This document shows, piece by piece, positions 1-10,400 of a stretch of DNA of 64,000 bases. Below the pieces are notes generated by a model. It saw only the letters and a program-made list of their open reading frames with translations. It was not told where the DNA came from and searched no databases. The position numbers and the translations under genes are program-made. The DNA lies in the IMG/VR virus record IMGVR_UViG_3300035698_022014, positions 1 through 64,000 of that record; one strand, written 5' to 3'. This stretch comes from a virus. Numbering within the stretch: the stretch's first letter is position 1; each line of letters begins with the position of its first letter.

Positions 1-670
1 CAATTCCCTGAGTCCCTTGTCTACCTTGAACGCCTTGGGTTCCAGTTGTTCCTTGAATACCTTGTGCACCCAAAGTACCATCTATACCCTGAACGCCTTG
101 GGTTCCAGTTGTTCCTTGAATACCTTGAATACCTTGTGCGCCTTGAATACCCTCTAAACCTTGAATACCCTCTAAACCTTGAATGCCTTGAATGCCTTGT
201 AACCCTTGCAATCCCTGTATACCAGTTGTTCCTTGTATGCCTTGGATACCTTGTGGGCCTCTAATGTTACCGACATTGATCCAACCACCACCATCGTAAA
301 CCCAAAGGTTTCCTGTAGCAGAATCTAATACAGAATCCCCTGTGGTAGATGAAGGGAAAGAATTTTCTAACGTGGCTTGTGGATCATTGGGCGGGTCAAC
401 ATTAACGTCTGCCACAGACCCAACTATGTTGATTCCTGGCCCAAATGTGCCCTGAATACCTTGAAGTCCTTGAATACCTTGAATTCCCTGAATTCCTTGT
501 GGACCAGGACTTACTAAATTCCAATCAATCCCGTCAGACAAACGTATTCGGCCATCGTCAGCATATACAATGGCACCTTCATTTATTGTAGCGTCCAACG
601 TTATTGGCAGGGCATATTTAATGGTCGGGCCAATTACTGAAACTCTACCTCTTATTGTTTTCATGGCCAT
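1..670 (-). CDS. Collagen-like (Gly-X-Y) tail fibre/virion protein, 3' end outside window
   Basis: Manual translation (absent from ORF track): MAMKTIRGRV...GPQGIQGIQGIQGLQG...NLWVYDGGGWINVGNIRGPQGIQGIQGTTG...; open to window edge. Confidence 0.85.
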   Translation of the reverse strand, partial: MAMKTIRGRVSVIGPTIKYALPITLDATINEGAIVYADDGRIRLSDGIDWNLVSPGPQGIQGIQGIQGLQGIQGTFGPGINIVGSVADVNVDPPNDPQATLENSFPSSTTGDSVLDSATGNLWVYDGGGWINVGNIRGPQGIQGIQGTTGIQGLQGLQGIQGIQGLEGIQGLEGIQGAQGIQGIQGTTGTQGVQGIDGTLGAQGIQGTTGTQGVQGRQGTQGI

Positions 671-673
671 ATC

Positions 674-1126
674 TTAATCCTCCAAAAATTCTTCAGCTTG
701 GCCAATAGTGTATGAAACTGTTACATCAAGCGAGCCATTAGAGCTTGCTTTGACTTCAAGTAAGTCTCCATTGTAGAAAAACTGCCCATTAAGTGGAAAT
801 GCTAAAGAATCAAATTCTGGTATTGGTAAATTAGTAGCAAGAGAGAAAACACTATCTATGAGTGTGGGTGGGTTGGTTGAATAATCATTGAATCTGTATA
901 CGCGTATGTCGACAAAAACCGTACCTGATGTTTTATTGGATATTATTAACGGTGATATTACCTCTGCTATTCCAGGTGCAGCGATTACACTTCCTCCAAA
1001 AACCAACTCAGGGATTTCGAAGTTAGGTGCAGATATAATCGTCATGTAATTTGTTGTTAGTGTTCTACTAACAGCAACTGGTTTTGCGTCTGGTGACTGT
1101 GACGTTGCAACTGTATTAATTGTCAT
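674..1126 (-). CDS. Hypothetical virion protein (150 aa, beta-rich)
   Basis: ATGA overlap with upstream gene inside fibre operon. Confidence 0.6.
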   Translation of the reverse strand: MTINTVATSQSPDAKPVAVSRTLTTNYMTIISAPNFEIPELVFGGSVIAAPGIAEVISPLIISNKTSGTVFVDIRVYRFNDYSTNPPTLIDSVFSLATNLPIPEFDSLAFPLNGQFFYNGDLLEVKASSNGSLDVTVSYTIGQAEEFLED

Positions 1127-4100
1127 AACATTGCCCTACTGTTTGCAGCTCTACGAGCTAATTTTCTAACTGAAGCGGTGAACGGCCTACCTTCGAGACG
1201 GCCTGTTCTACCATTTATTTTTAAACCTCTTGCGAAGTATTGGTTGTTCAACTCATCTGCGCCAGACCATCTGACTCTGCCACCATCTTCTTGTGCTACA
1301 GATGCCGTAGCTGAAACAGGCTTGCCCAATCTTCTAAAGTTCAGCGGAAGTGCATTGACGTTCACGCCAGCACTCGCAAGGTTAAACTGGTGCGAAAGAC
1401 TTTCGACAAGGCTACCATAATTTATGATCATAGGACTTCTCAAATTTGCTATTAAAACATCATCAACCAATCCACTTAGCATGTTCTTTTCGCCGTTTGT
1501 CAAGCCGAGTCCATTATCGTCGTTATTTATAAAGGTTCTGATACGATTGAACGAATCTGTAAACGAATCTAAGATGGAAACATCGTTTGCTCCATCATTT
1601 TCCCAAACTGTACCGTTCCAATAGTAAACATCGCCCTGATATAAATTAGAATCTGAGCTGTATACTATATACGCATCGTCTATTTCAACGGTCGACCCCG
1701 CAGGAAGTGTTGCGACAGATTCGACACTTCCCACATATTTCAATCCTACCGTGTTAGGATTGAAAACAGAAAACACATGCGTGCCGTTAAATCTAAACAA
1801 ACTCGCTGCAAAAATACGTGTCCCTGTTTGCCTTCCTGTTCTAAAATCATTAGAGAAAGACGTGACAAGGTTGGCTGCGTCTCTTCTCGTTAATTCTTCG
1901 TCAATGAAATCGTATTGAGAATTAATGAATGCAATTGTATTTAATTCCAGAGAAGATTTGTTTTGTTCTATTGTTTCTCTTGCATTGGTATAGGTCGTTT
2001 CGACCCAATCAAAGACAGGTATGGCTGACGTTGGTATGACTGAAAGTGAATTTGACTTTATCACGTCCGCAATTATATCTACAAGAGCAATACACTTATC
2101 TGCTTCGGATTGTGTTACGGTCCCTGAAGCAACATCTTGTCCGCTATACGTCCCAAGAAGGATTGAAGAGCATATAGATCCTAATTCAGCAATTGCTCCA
2201 GCAGTAACCGATCTTTGATCGGCTGGAAGCTGACTTACCGAACCGATGAAATAGGCCTCTGCATTCACAATAGTTGCGATGTTTGTATCGTAATTTAGAT
2301 CGTGAGCGAGCCCATCGATAATATATCCCGTGTCGCTGCGGCACTTCGCTTCGTCATAAACCAACGTTGGAAAGTTGGTGTTGATCCATGTTATTGTTCC
2401 ATTTATAGCGGTTGTCTTGTTTGCTACAATCAGAGCTCTAGCTTGATCTTGGAGGACATTTCCTGTGCTTGAGAATGTGAGGTCATCTGCTGCAGAAATA
2501 CCGTTCTCAAGTATATCGATCGTCTCGGCAAACGAGGAATCTGTTCGTGCAACACTAGCTGGACTGTTTTCTAGTAAATCAGCTACGACAGACTTTAGGT
2601 AGGATATTGCGCCCGACGTCTCGACCAATTGGTCCTCGTACACAACACTCGCGCCTGCTCTTCTATATGAAAGACCGCTTGTTACTCCCCAATAGTTTGT
2701 TCCAAGAGTGACGTCATAACCTACTCCTCTTAGAATGTGGTGTACATCTCTTCTACATTTGGTTGAATTGTATGATGAAAACCCCTGAACATTTGTAAGA
2801 AAATCCCAAAGATCATCTACTATAATGTTTGAATTGGCTACTAGCGAATCGGCCAAATCAACATTTTGGAACAAGGTCGCAGCCGTCTCTCTAGGATTGA
2901 ACACAGGAGTGGAACCCTTAGCTCTCATTGATATGTCACCAAATTGAGTACCAGAGTTGTTTAGAGTAATCTGTCCGCCGTCAAGTGCATAGAATGAGCA
3001 CCGCGCAAAAATTGCAAGGGAGCTGATACCGTTAATACCTGCACCGTTTTTTGCCACATAGCCTATGCCGTTTTGTGTTCGTGGTGTGACACCAAATGCC
3101 AGCATATATGGGAATATAGAATCAGGATCTACTTGGGCACGGTCTGCAAGAATTGTACCGCCACCACGTCCAACATCTTTGTTAGGAAAATCTTCTTCGC
3201 CAACCAGATCTATTGTTGCGGAACCTCCTGAAGATGAAACTACTGTGGTCGCTGCCTCAAAGTCGCCGATGTTGTTTCGAATGTATATAATTCCCGAAGA
3301 TATCTCTACCGTCCTCGATACAATTCCTGATGCGCCGTTACTCGCTTCAATCACATCATTAGGTTCAAAGACGCCTATGATGTTGGAAATTGTAACTTCG
3401 TATCCCAAATCTTCGTTTGTCCCACGACTGTTAACAGGGTTTAGAAGTGGCTGTATCTCTCTTGCAAAATAGTTCGATATCTGACTACAGTCTCTGACGT
3501 ATGGAGAACGTATGACTCTTGTCCCAGGTCTAAATGCAAACGCAAACCCCTTAGAGGGATAATCAAAATTATCGACAACCAAGTTAAAAAACGAAAACCC
3601 TTGAACATAGCACCCCGATCCCAACAGTATGCAATTCTCTTTCTGGAATCCTGGATTCATAATTATTTTTGTAGCGTATTGACCATTTGTAGAAACAACA
3701 GTACAGTTGTCAGGTAAGGCTAGGTTACCATCTGTGTAATGGTCACCTGGCAATACAGTTATTGCTGTTGTAATTCCTGCAGCAGCAGATTGTTGGGCCA
3801 TCAATACAGCCTTTTCAAACGTTGCTACAGGTTCTAGGTAGCTACCTGAAAACTCATCATTGCCTTCGGTGCCTACATACACCTTATTAGATTTTTTTGC
3901 TGTTGAAGCAATCTCGTTGTACATTTGTGAGTATGTGATGGCGACTGTTTCGCCAAGTGTAACATCTCTTAGATAAAAGTAGTTGTCGCCTGACATGTCT
4001 TCTGAAAAAGTCTTACTGACGATTATACTCGGATCCACCAGTTCAGAATCAGTCACTGTTGATTCGGTGATTAGTGAATCAGATATAGCAACATTATCAA

Positions 4101-4299
4101 CAGGGATGTTTCTTATGTAGCCTGCTGCACCATCAATTTTAATTTCGTCGAAGATTTCCTGTTCAATAGCATTCACAAGCTCTTTTCTTGTAATGTTTTT
4201 TGTACCAAGATCGCCTGCCTCAACATCAACAGTCACAAAGAGGTCATTACTCCTCGTATTTGCACCTTCTTTTGGTAATAGTTCGGTTATTCTTGACAT
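1123..4299 (-). CDS. Large virion structural/tail fibre-associated protein
   Basis: 1058 aa; beta-helix-like region and repeated KCRRD/KCRSD helical motifs of the kind seen in marine T4-like virion proteins; late promoter upstream. Confidence 0.65.
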   Translation of the reverse strand: MSRITELLPKEGANTRSNDLFVTVDVEAGDLGTKNITRKELVNAIEQEIFDEIKIDGAAGYIRNIPVDNVAISDSLITESTVTDSELVDPSIIVSKTFSEDMSGDNYFYLRDVTLGETVAITYSQMYNEIASTAKKSNKVYVGTEGNDEFSGSYLEPVATFEKAVLMAQQSAAAGITTAITVLPGDHYTDGNLALPDNCTVVSTNGQYATKIIMNPGFQKENCILLGSGCYVQGFSFFNLVVDNFDYPSKGFAFAFRPGTRVIRSPYVRDCSQISNYFAREIQPLLNPVNSRGTNEDLGYEVTISNIIGVFEPNDVIEASNGASGIVSRTVEISSGIIYIRNNIGDFEAATTVVSSSGGSATIDLVGEEDFPNKDVGRGGGTILADRAQVDPDSIFPYMLAFGVTPRTQNGIGYVAKNGAGINGISSLAIFARCSFYALDGGQITLNNSGTQFGDISMRAKGSTPVFNPRETAATLFQNVDLADSLVANSNIIVDDLWDFLTNVQGFSSYNSTKCRRDVHHILRGVGYDVTLGTNYWGVTSGLSYRRAGASVVYEDQLVETSGAISYLKSVVADLLENSPASVARTDSSFAETIDILENGISAADDLTFSSTGNVLQDQARALIVANKTTAINGTITWINTNFPTLVYDEAKCRSDTGYIIDGLAHDLNYDTNIATIVNAEAYFIGSVSQLPADQRSVTAGAIAELGSICSSILLGTYSGQDVASGTVTQSEADKCIALVDIIADVIKSNSLSVIPTSAIPVFDWVETTYTNARETIEQNKSSLELNTIAFINSQYDFIDEELTRRDAANLVTSFSNDFRTGRQTGTRIFAASLFRFNGTHVFSVFNPNTVGLKYVGSVESVATLPAGSTVEIDDAYIVYSSDSNLYQGDVYYWNGTVWENDGANDVSILDSFTDSFNRIRTFINNDDNGLGLTNGEKNMLSGLVDDVLIANLRSPMIINYGSLVESLSHQFNLASAGVNVNALPLNFRRLGKPVSATASVAQEDGGRVRWSGADELNNQYFARGLKINGRTGRLEGRPFTASVRKLARRAANSRAML

Positions 4300-4317
4300 G
4301 TGAGGCCCTTTTATTGG

Positions 4318-4325
4318 TATTTATC
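4318..4325 (-). promoter_or_regulatory. T4-type late promoter (GATAAATA); further copies at 4491-4498 and 4511-4518
   Basis: Matches NATAAATA, 19 nt upstream of ATG at 4299; gp55 is encoded in the window. Confidence 0.7.
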
Positions 4326-4380
4326 AACTACAAAACCACGTTCAACTTGAGATCTAATATTCTCACTGACTAGAAAGTTG

Positions 4381-4446
4381 CCTTCTAGTGAGCGAGTCGC
4401 CTTCTAGTGAGCGAGTCGCCTTCTAGTGAGCGAGTCGCCTTCTAGT
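4381..4446. repeat. 19-bp tandem repeat CCTTCTAGTGAGCGAGTCG, 3 full copies plus a 9-nt partial
   Basis: Perfect units at 4381, 4400, 4419 and partial at 4438; intergenic. Confidence 0.95.
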
Positions 4447-4532
4447 ATCACATCTTCTCTACATGCTAATTCCGCTGTTACAGCGGTTCTTATTTATCAC
4501 TTTATACAACTATTTATCAAAAATCGTCAATG

Positions 4533-4584
4533 CGTGCTGGAGGATTGGTCATCTCAAAAACATAATAATCAATCCTCCAGCACG
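4533..4584. terminator. 15-bp inverted repeat hairpin (terminator or processing site)
   Basis: CGTGCTGGAGGATTG...CAATCCTCCAGCACG just downstream of the stop at 4606. Confidence 0.55.
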
Positions 4585-4605
4585 TCGGTAGTTGCAACAA
4601 GCTGT

Positions 4606-6145
4606 CTACTCACGGTTGTGTGTTAGAATACTGTTTGCATAATAGGTGTGGTTACCATCGAGTATTAAGTTATAAACAGGTTGGTTTGACTCGCCCTTGT
4701 AAACTTCTATGCTCTTCAACTCAACCCACATATCGTCCTGTGTATATATCAGATTGCCAATTTCAAGGTCTACGACGTTCAAGTGTTTCATCGCAGGAAA
4801 CTGCCTTTGGAAGGTTTCTGATGAGTATGATCTCCATCCTTTGTTGGTATATATTGGGTGCTCTGGCGTTTTAAACTTTCCAGAACCATTTAATCCGATA
4901 ATGTCACGTCTGCCCAACATAGAGTGGTCATAAGCTAACACAGTGTTTAATTGATTGTATTGTCCAAGTACCACATCGCCTGTCAGCACATCTTCAATCT
5001 TTTTAACGGTACTGTCACTCATTGTAACAAGTGTACCTGCAACAAAGCAGCGTCGGTCTTCTTCTGGGCCTGGGGGAGGCTGGGCAGGCGGAGGAACATA
5101 CGCATATCTTGGAGGCTCAGCAGGTGGTGTGTTTGGCGCAAATACACCATATACAGTGCCACTGTTGTTTAGTGTTACAGGTATGCCTGCGATGGCAGCA
5201 CCTCCGACACCGAGTGTAGTAGTACTGCCGTTGGCGCCAGCAGTACCCCAACCACCACCACCGCCGCCACGTCTTCCTGAACCGCCCGACGTGCCTCCAG
5301 CGCCGCCGCTGCCACCATTGCCACCCCCCATAATTCGAGTTCCCAGCTCCGCCAACACCTGGTAGAATACGACCGCCACCGCCACCAGTGCCACCACCAT
5401 CACTCTTACGGCTACGGTCGACCGATACGCCTCCACCTCCACCTGCCCCACCACCAAAGCCTCCGCCTCCAAGATATGTAGCAGTGCCGTTACTTCCTGT
5501 CTGGCCAATCGCGCCGCCAGCTACCCCCCCCGAGAGCCAATTGTAGTTGTGTGCACCACCCCGACCCCCACCAGCTCCCCCGCCACCACCACTGAATATC
5601 CCTGAACCACCACCACCACCACCACCTGCAATAAACCCACCTGATGCGTTGATTATAGAAATGTTGTTGGACACGTTATTGATGGCAGGTCCGCCTGACT
5701 GGCCGCTACTACCAGATGAGGAATTGATACCTTCCCCACCATCCCCACCACGACCTATTATCAGTCCTCTGTTAATTATAGAAGATCCACTTGGTATATT
5801 TGATATTGTAAGTCCTGCAATGTCCACATTATCTGACCACAAATATACACCAGCTTCGACAGTGACAACAATCTGGGACCCGCCATCCCATCCCGCACTC
5901 AGAGCAATAGAGCGCAAATCAGCCTGTCGAATACTATTTCCAATTGAAAAGATGAACTGTTTGGCTGAACCGTAAAAATTAGAAAAGGATATTGGACCTG
6001 AAGTTGGCACAGTACTGTTAACAGATGAAACGGGAACCCTTGAACCGCCTTTGTAGTATTCACTAATAGAATGTGGCCTACCACCTCCAAACTCAGTTAC
6101 TATATCCGATTCAAATCCTAAGGTCCCTGAGCTCTTAACTGCCAT
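4606..6145 (-). CDS. Gly-rich tail-fibre adhesin-like protein with C-terminal Hint domain, frameshifted at a G6 tract (~5324-5329)
   Basis: ORFs 5117-6145 and 4606-5508 join into one continuous Gly-rich protein if one G is removed; Hint motifs CFVAGT, TPEHP, VYNL...NHTYYANSILTHN. Confidence 0.8.
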
Positions 6146-7265
6146 TTTTCAGCTCTACAATCTGTTGGCTAAGTTCCTTAATGCCCTCGATAAGTAAACC
6201 TACGACGTTGCCATGTCTGACAGCATAATACGTCTCAAGATCATCGTCTACCTGGTATACAGCTTCAGGAAGAACCTTTAACAATTCTTGGGCAATTACC
6301 CCTGTCATTGGCGTTTTGTTGTCCTTGTAGTTAAAAGTGTACCCGTTCAATTGAGCAATCTTGTCCATTGCCTTGTCAATTTTCACCACATTCTCTTTTT
6401 TCCGCAGGTCAGACACAGAACCAAACGCTGTAATATCGCCTGTCGTAACAAAGTTTCCTGACAATGAATTCCCGTTATTTGATAGGTTGCCTAAACCTAC
6501 TTGATTTGGAACGTGTGTATGTGACGTGTTCGCCTTGCCGTCAATCGCAGTTTGCAATCCTGTGACGTTAGCTATAGTGTGTACGTGAGCTGTATTCGCC
6601 TTGCCATTGATTGTGGCTTGTAATCCAGTAACTTTGGATATATTAATGTCTGGAATTCTAGCGACAACAAAAACACCACTTGTGATTTTGCTTGTAGGCA
6701 AATCAGGAACGTTTCTTGTATTGAGAATCCCCGTGGTCCCAATGTTATCTGGATTAATGTTTGTAATTGACGCTCCATCGCCTTGGAGTGCTGAAACGAC
6801 CAATGTTCCAGCTTGTGTAATTCTAAGTTGGGGATTGGCGCTGCTGCCTGTTCTTATTATAAAAGGAGATGTCGAATCGGACGTCTCTGTTGCTATTTGC
6901 CACGACCTGTTTGCACCGTTGATAATGTTGATAATTGGTCTAAAGCCGACATTTGTTTTTAGCTCAAAAAGACTTTCTACTGTGCCAGGAGCATTTATTT
7001 TAATAGGTGAGTTCACGTTTACAAATTCAGTAGGGTTTGCATTGTTACTAATTGCACCAACAAGTACACTACCTACTGTTACACCATCAGCAACAATTTC
7101 GTCTACGTTAAATGTGCCCTCAAGAGCTAAATTACCAATTCTCGGCACAGGAGTTCCTGCAACAGCAAGTAAAGCGCTGTCGTTAATCACATCGACCAAC
7201 TCGTTGGTTCGGCTAAGCCAAATTTGGAAGGTGTCTGAAATTACAATTCGGTCAATGGTTGACAT
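6135..7265 (-). CDS. Tail fibre protein with C-terminal peptidase S74 intramolecular chaperone
   Basis: HxH fibre repeats (HVHTIANVTGLQ, HTH); SDLRKKENV...GVIAQEL...LLIEGIKEL. Confidence 0.85.
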   Translation of the reverse strand: MSTIDRIVISDTFQIWLSRTNELVDVINDSALLAVAGTPVPRIGNLALEGTFNVDEIVADGVTVGSVLVGAISNNANPTEFVNVNSPIKINAPGTVESLFELKTNVGFRPIINIINGANRSWQIATETSDSTSPFIIRTGSSANPQLRITQAGTLVVSALQGDGASITNINPDNIGTTGILNTRNVPDLPTSKITSGVFVVARIPDINISKVTGLQATINGKANTAHVHTIANVTGLQTAIDGKANTSHTHVPNQVGLGNLSNNGNSLSGNFVTTGDITAFGSVSDLRKKENVVKIDKAMDKIAQLNGYTFNYKDNKTPMTGVIAQELLKVLPEAVYQVDDDLETYYAVRHGNVVGLLIEGIKELSQQIVELKNGS

Positions 7266-7269
7266 TTAA

Positions 7270-7446
7270 TTACCTGCTCTCTATTTTTGCAACTGTCAGT
7301 TCTATTCTATTTATACACTCTCCAAGGGTCCTGACCTCGTTTCTTAGGTCACGCAATTCTTTTTCTCTTTTTTTCTCAGCTTTATATCTCTTGAGCTCCA
7401 TCACATCTGTCTCTAAAAGAGCTCTTGAAGTTGTGTCTCTAATCAT
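7270..7446 (-). CDS. Small coiled-coil hypothetical protein (58 aa)
   Basis: Manual translation MIRDTTSRALLETDVMELKRYK...IESR*; ATGA overlap, fills the gap between two genes. Confidence 0.7.
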   Translation of the reverse strand: MIRDTTSRALLETDVMELKRYKAEKKREKELRDLRNEVRTLGECINRIELTVAKIESR

Positions 7447-10400
7447 TCGAACGAAATCCCTCTATAGTCTAATAGCTTAGGCACACTTGCTACGTTTTCT
7501 GATATCATGTCAATTCTTATAGCAAACGATCTATAACCAATGTGTGTTCCTGCATCGTTTGTATACATTACAACACCTTCTTGTTTTTCGCTTGCAGGTA
7601 TTTCATAGACAAACTCTTTGTAGTCATTAGTGTTTGTTCCACTTGAAAATAGCGAAGCGCCTTCAATTTTGTCCAATTCGATCCAATCGTTGTTGCGAAG
7701 CGAAACAGGGTCCGATCCATTCTTCAATTTTATGTATGTCTTTATGTCTGTACCTGTTGGTCTATAACCTGTCACGTACAATCTAAAATCTTCTCCTTCA
7801 AAGCCTTCTTTCAGTTCCACTTTCTTAGAAATGTATTTAGACGTCGTATCAGAGTTTGATGTCACGTTATAGATGTATGCGAACAACTTTGCTGTCTCTA
7901 CATCAACGAGCGGTGTTGTTGTGGGCACATTGTCCTTGTCAAGAGTCAACACTATTCTGAGATTTTTTTCTGAAGGTACATCATTAGACTTGCTAAATAC
8001 CAAACATCCGGTCTCGTTGAATAACATTTTGTTTGCAAAATCAAACTCTTGAACATAAGGCAAGTTAGAAGGTGCAGCAGGATCGACAGCCTTGACAGCA
8101 ACACGGACGTTACTATCAACATCAACTATTCTGTTGATCATGGCCTGTATATAGCTGATCTCCACATTATCTACAGACGTGATGGTCAATCTTGCATCGC
8201 TGTCAATGCCAAACAACAATCCTGATGCAGCAAACAATTTTGACTCTCTTGCAGATGACTTCTCAAGAACCATGAAATCAGGGCTTCTTGCATTGAAGTA
8301 GTTTATTCTGCCTGCAACGACAGGTCGTGATGCAAACGTGCCTGAAAACTGAGGAAACTTATCAACAATGATTTGAGTGCTACTTGTCACAGAAACCACT
8401 CTGAGCAAATCTCTGTCTTCGGAGAGATTTTCGATGTAAAGATAATCACCTGCGCTGTAATTGTTAAGCGCTGAGCCTGTTACTACATTGCTTGTAGTAT
8501 TGGTAGTTGTACTGTATGTTGTAACCTCTGGTGCTGTAAACATATACGCAAGCTCGTCAGATACGAATCTGCCTACAGTGTTTTCAACAGAAAGAAACTC
8601 AACATCGTCTGTTTCCAACTCAACAGTTCCTACATTCACATTGAAGTTGTATCTGAACAAGTCGAACCTAATATCTTCATCTTGGTACGATTTCCATGCG
8701 CGGTTGTTTGTCGAAGTGAACAGAACACCGTCTCCCCAGTCTGAGTTCACATCCTGGCCCGTAATCAGATCTGTCCCTCCAACTTTTTGAGTAAATATCA
8801 AATAATCAGGGTCGTTTGCATCAGGCATCACAACTATGGCATATTCTTTCTCCGCTTCCAAACGAATAGGAGCGTCAAACAATATAGTTGTAGCGACAGA
8901 AGCATCATCAGAAACATTGACTTGACTTGATCTTAAATGCTTCTTTGCAAATGGCAATATTTCGAAACTTGGAAATCCGTTTTCTACTTCACGAATCATT
9001 ACTGTAACGCCATTTACAATGCTTTTTCTCTTGAAAAATACGTCCAATCTTCCAAGATGAAGAGCATCAGCTCCTTGAGTCATGGTATCTTTAACAAAGA
9101 ATGTCTGAGATAGTGGATCGCCACCAGGGGCGCCGCCGCCCCCGCCACCATCGCGTTCTACGAATGGAGGGATTGTTCTTGTTGTAACAGAATTTGTTGT
9201 TGATGTTGCTCTTGAAGTTTGGACATCAATTTCAGGATGTCTTGTTGACAAAGTCAATCCTGTTTTTTCTACGTTGAAGTTGTATGAATTGTATTTTAGC
9301 CTGCCCGCAGAAGCAGATGCGCTTATCATATCATCGAACGTTTCAACATCAGCAACAATAAACTCGCGCTCACCTACAATGAACCGGTTTTCTGGAATCT
9401 TGAACACTGCAAAAACTTCACCGTTAGCGTTTGAAGAAACTTGCGCGCCAAACGCGCCAGATCTACGGACTTCTGATCCTGAACTTATACCTGTCAGATC
9501 TTCAATCAATCTTCCTGGTGCAACAGAAGCATTGACGTCCAATTCGTCAAAGAAGAAGTAATGTCTTGTATTTGGACGCAATCCGTACATTTGTATTGAC
9601 AATTCAGCAGAACGGATGTATGGTCTGAATTCTGTGTTTGTAACAAAATCTCCAACAAACTGCTCACGTGTCTGACCTTCTATCACGTTTAATTCTCTAA
9701 ATATGTCTTCGACGGTCTGTGCAGTCGTTGTAATCATACTGTTCCTGTTAGACACGACAGACACAGACGAACTCAGAAGGTTTCTTTGTGTAGATGTAAG
9801 AGGGGCAAACTCCCCCAAGGATTCAGCGAACTGCGAAAATGGTGTGACCAAATCGATCTCAAAAACTGTTGGCGTTGTCACAGTGTCATACGCAACGTCG
9901 TACTCTGGCGATATGAACCCTGTTCCTCTGTACTTGTAGAAGTTGCTCGTACAAGATCTGAAGTTTGTCGCATACTGCTGCTTTAGGAACTTAACAAGTT
10001 GGTTCGCTCCCAGAGTCACAACTCTATTGTTCACGTCAAAGGACTGTGTATTGGTAAGCTCCTTAACTTTTAAGTTCAAAGGAAATTGCTTTACGCTTGG
10101 ATACAGAGCCGATTCAGTAAAATCTACAGACGCGTTGAATGAAGGATCGGTCAAGTCAGCTATTGACAGATCGTTGAAAGGATCTACAACGATGCCGTTT
10201 TTGAATCTGTTCAAACCGTTTTCGTCCTGGATCAACAGATTTCTCGTTCCTGATTCTAACGCACTAATTTGCGTGTAGTACATCAGACGATCAATTTTGT
10301 TGGAGATTTTGTCGATGTCCTTCATTGTATACGTTTTTATCGTCTTGCGCTTGATCTGAACAGTCTCACCTCTTCGGTTTAATCTTGTTGCCTTTTCAGG

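Noticed and set aside
46-264. + strand LEY-repeat ORF
   Set aside because: Antisense shadow of the collagen-like repeat
4381-4446. CRISPR or mini-array
   Set aside because: Units are contiguous and identical with no spacers; no cas genes in the window
4955-5975. Pro-rich + strand ORFs and other antisense ORFs in the track
   Set aside because: Shadow frames of Gly-rich or other genuine genes on the opposite strand; no RBS or family motifs
1-7265. Diversity-generating retroelement acting on fibre genes
   Set aside because: No reverse transcriptase and no TR/VR repeat pair seen in the window
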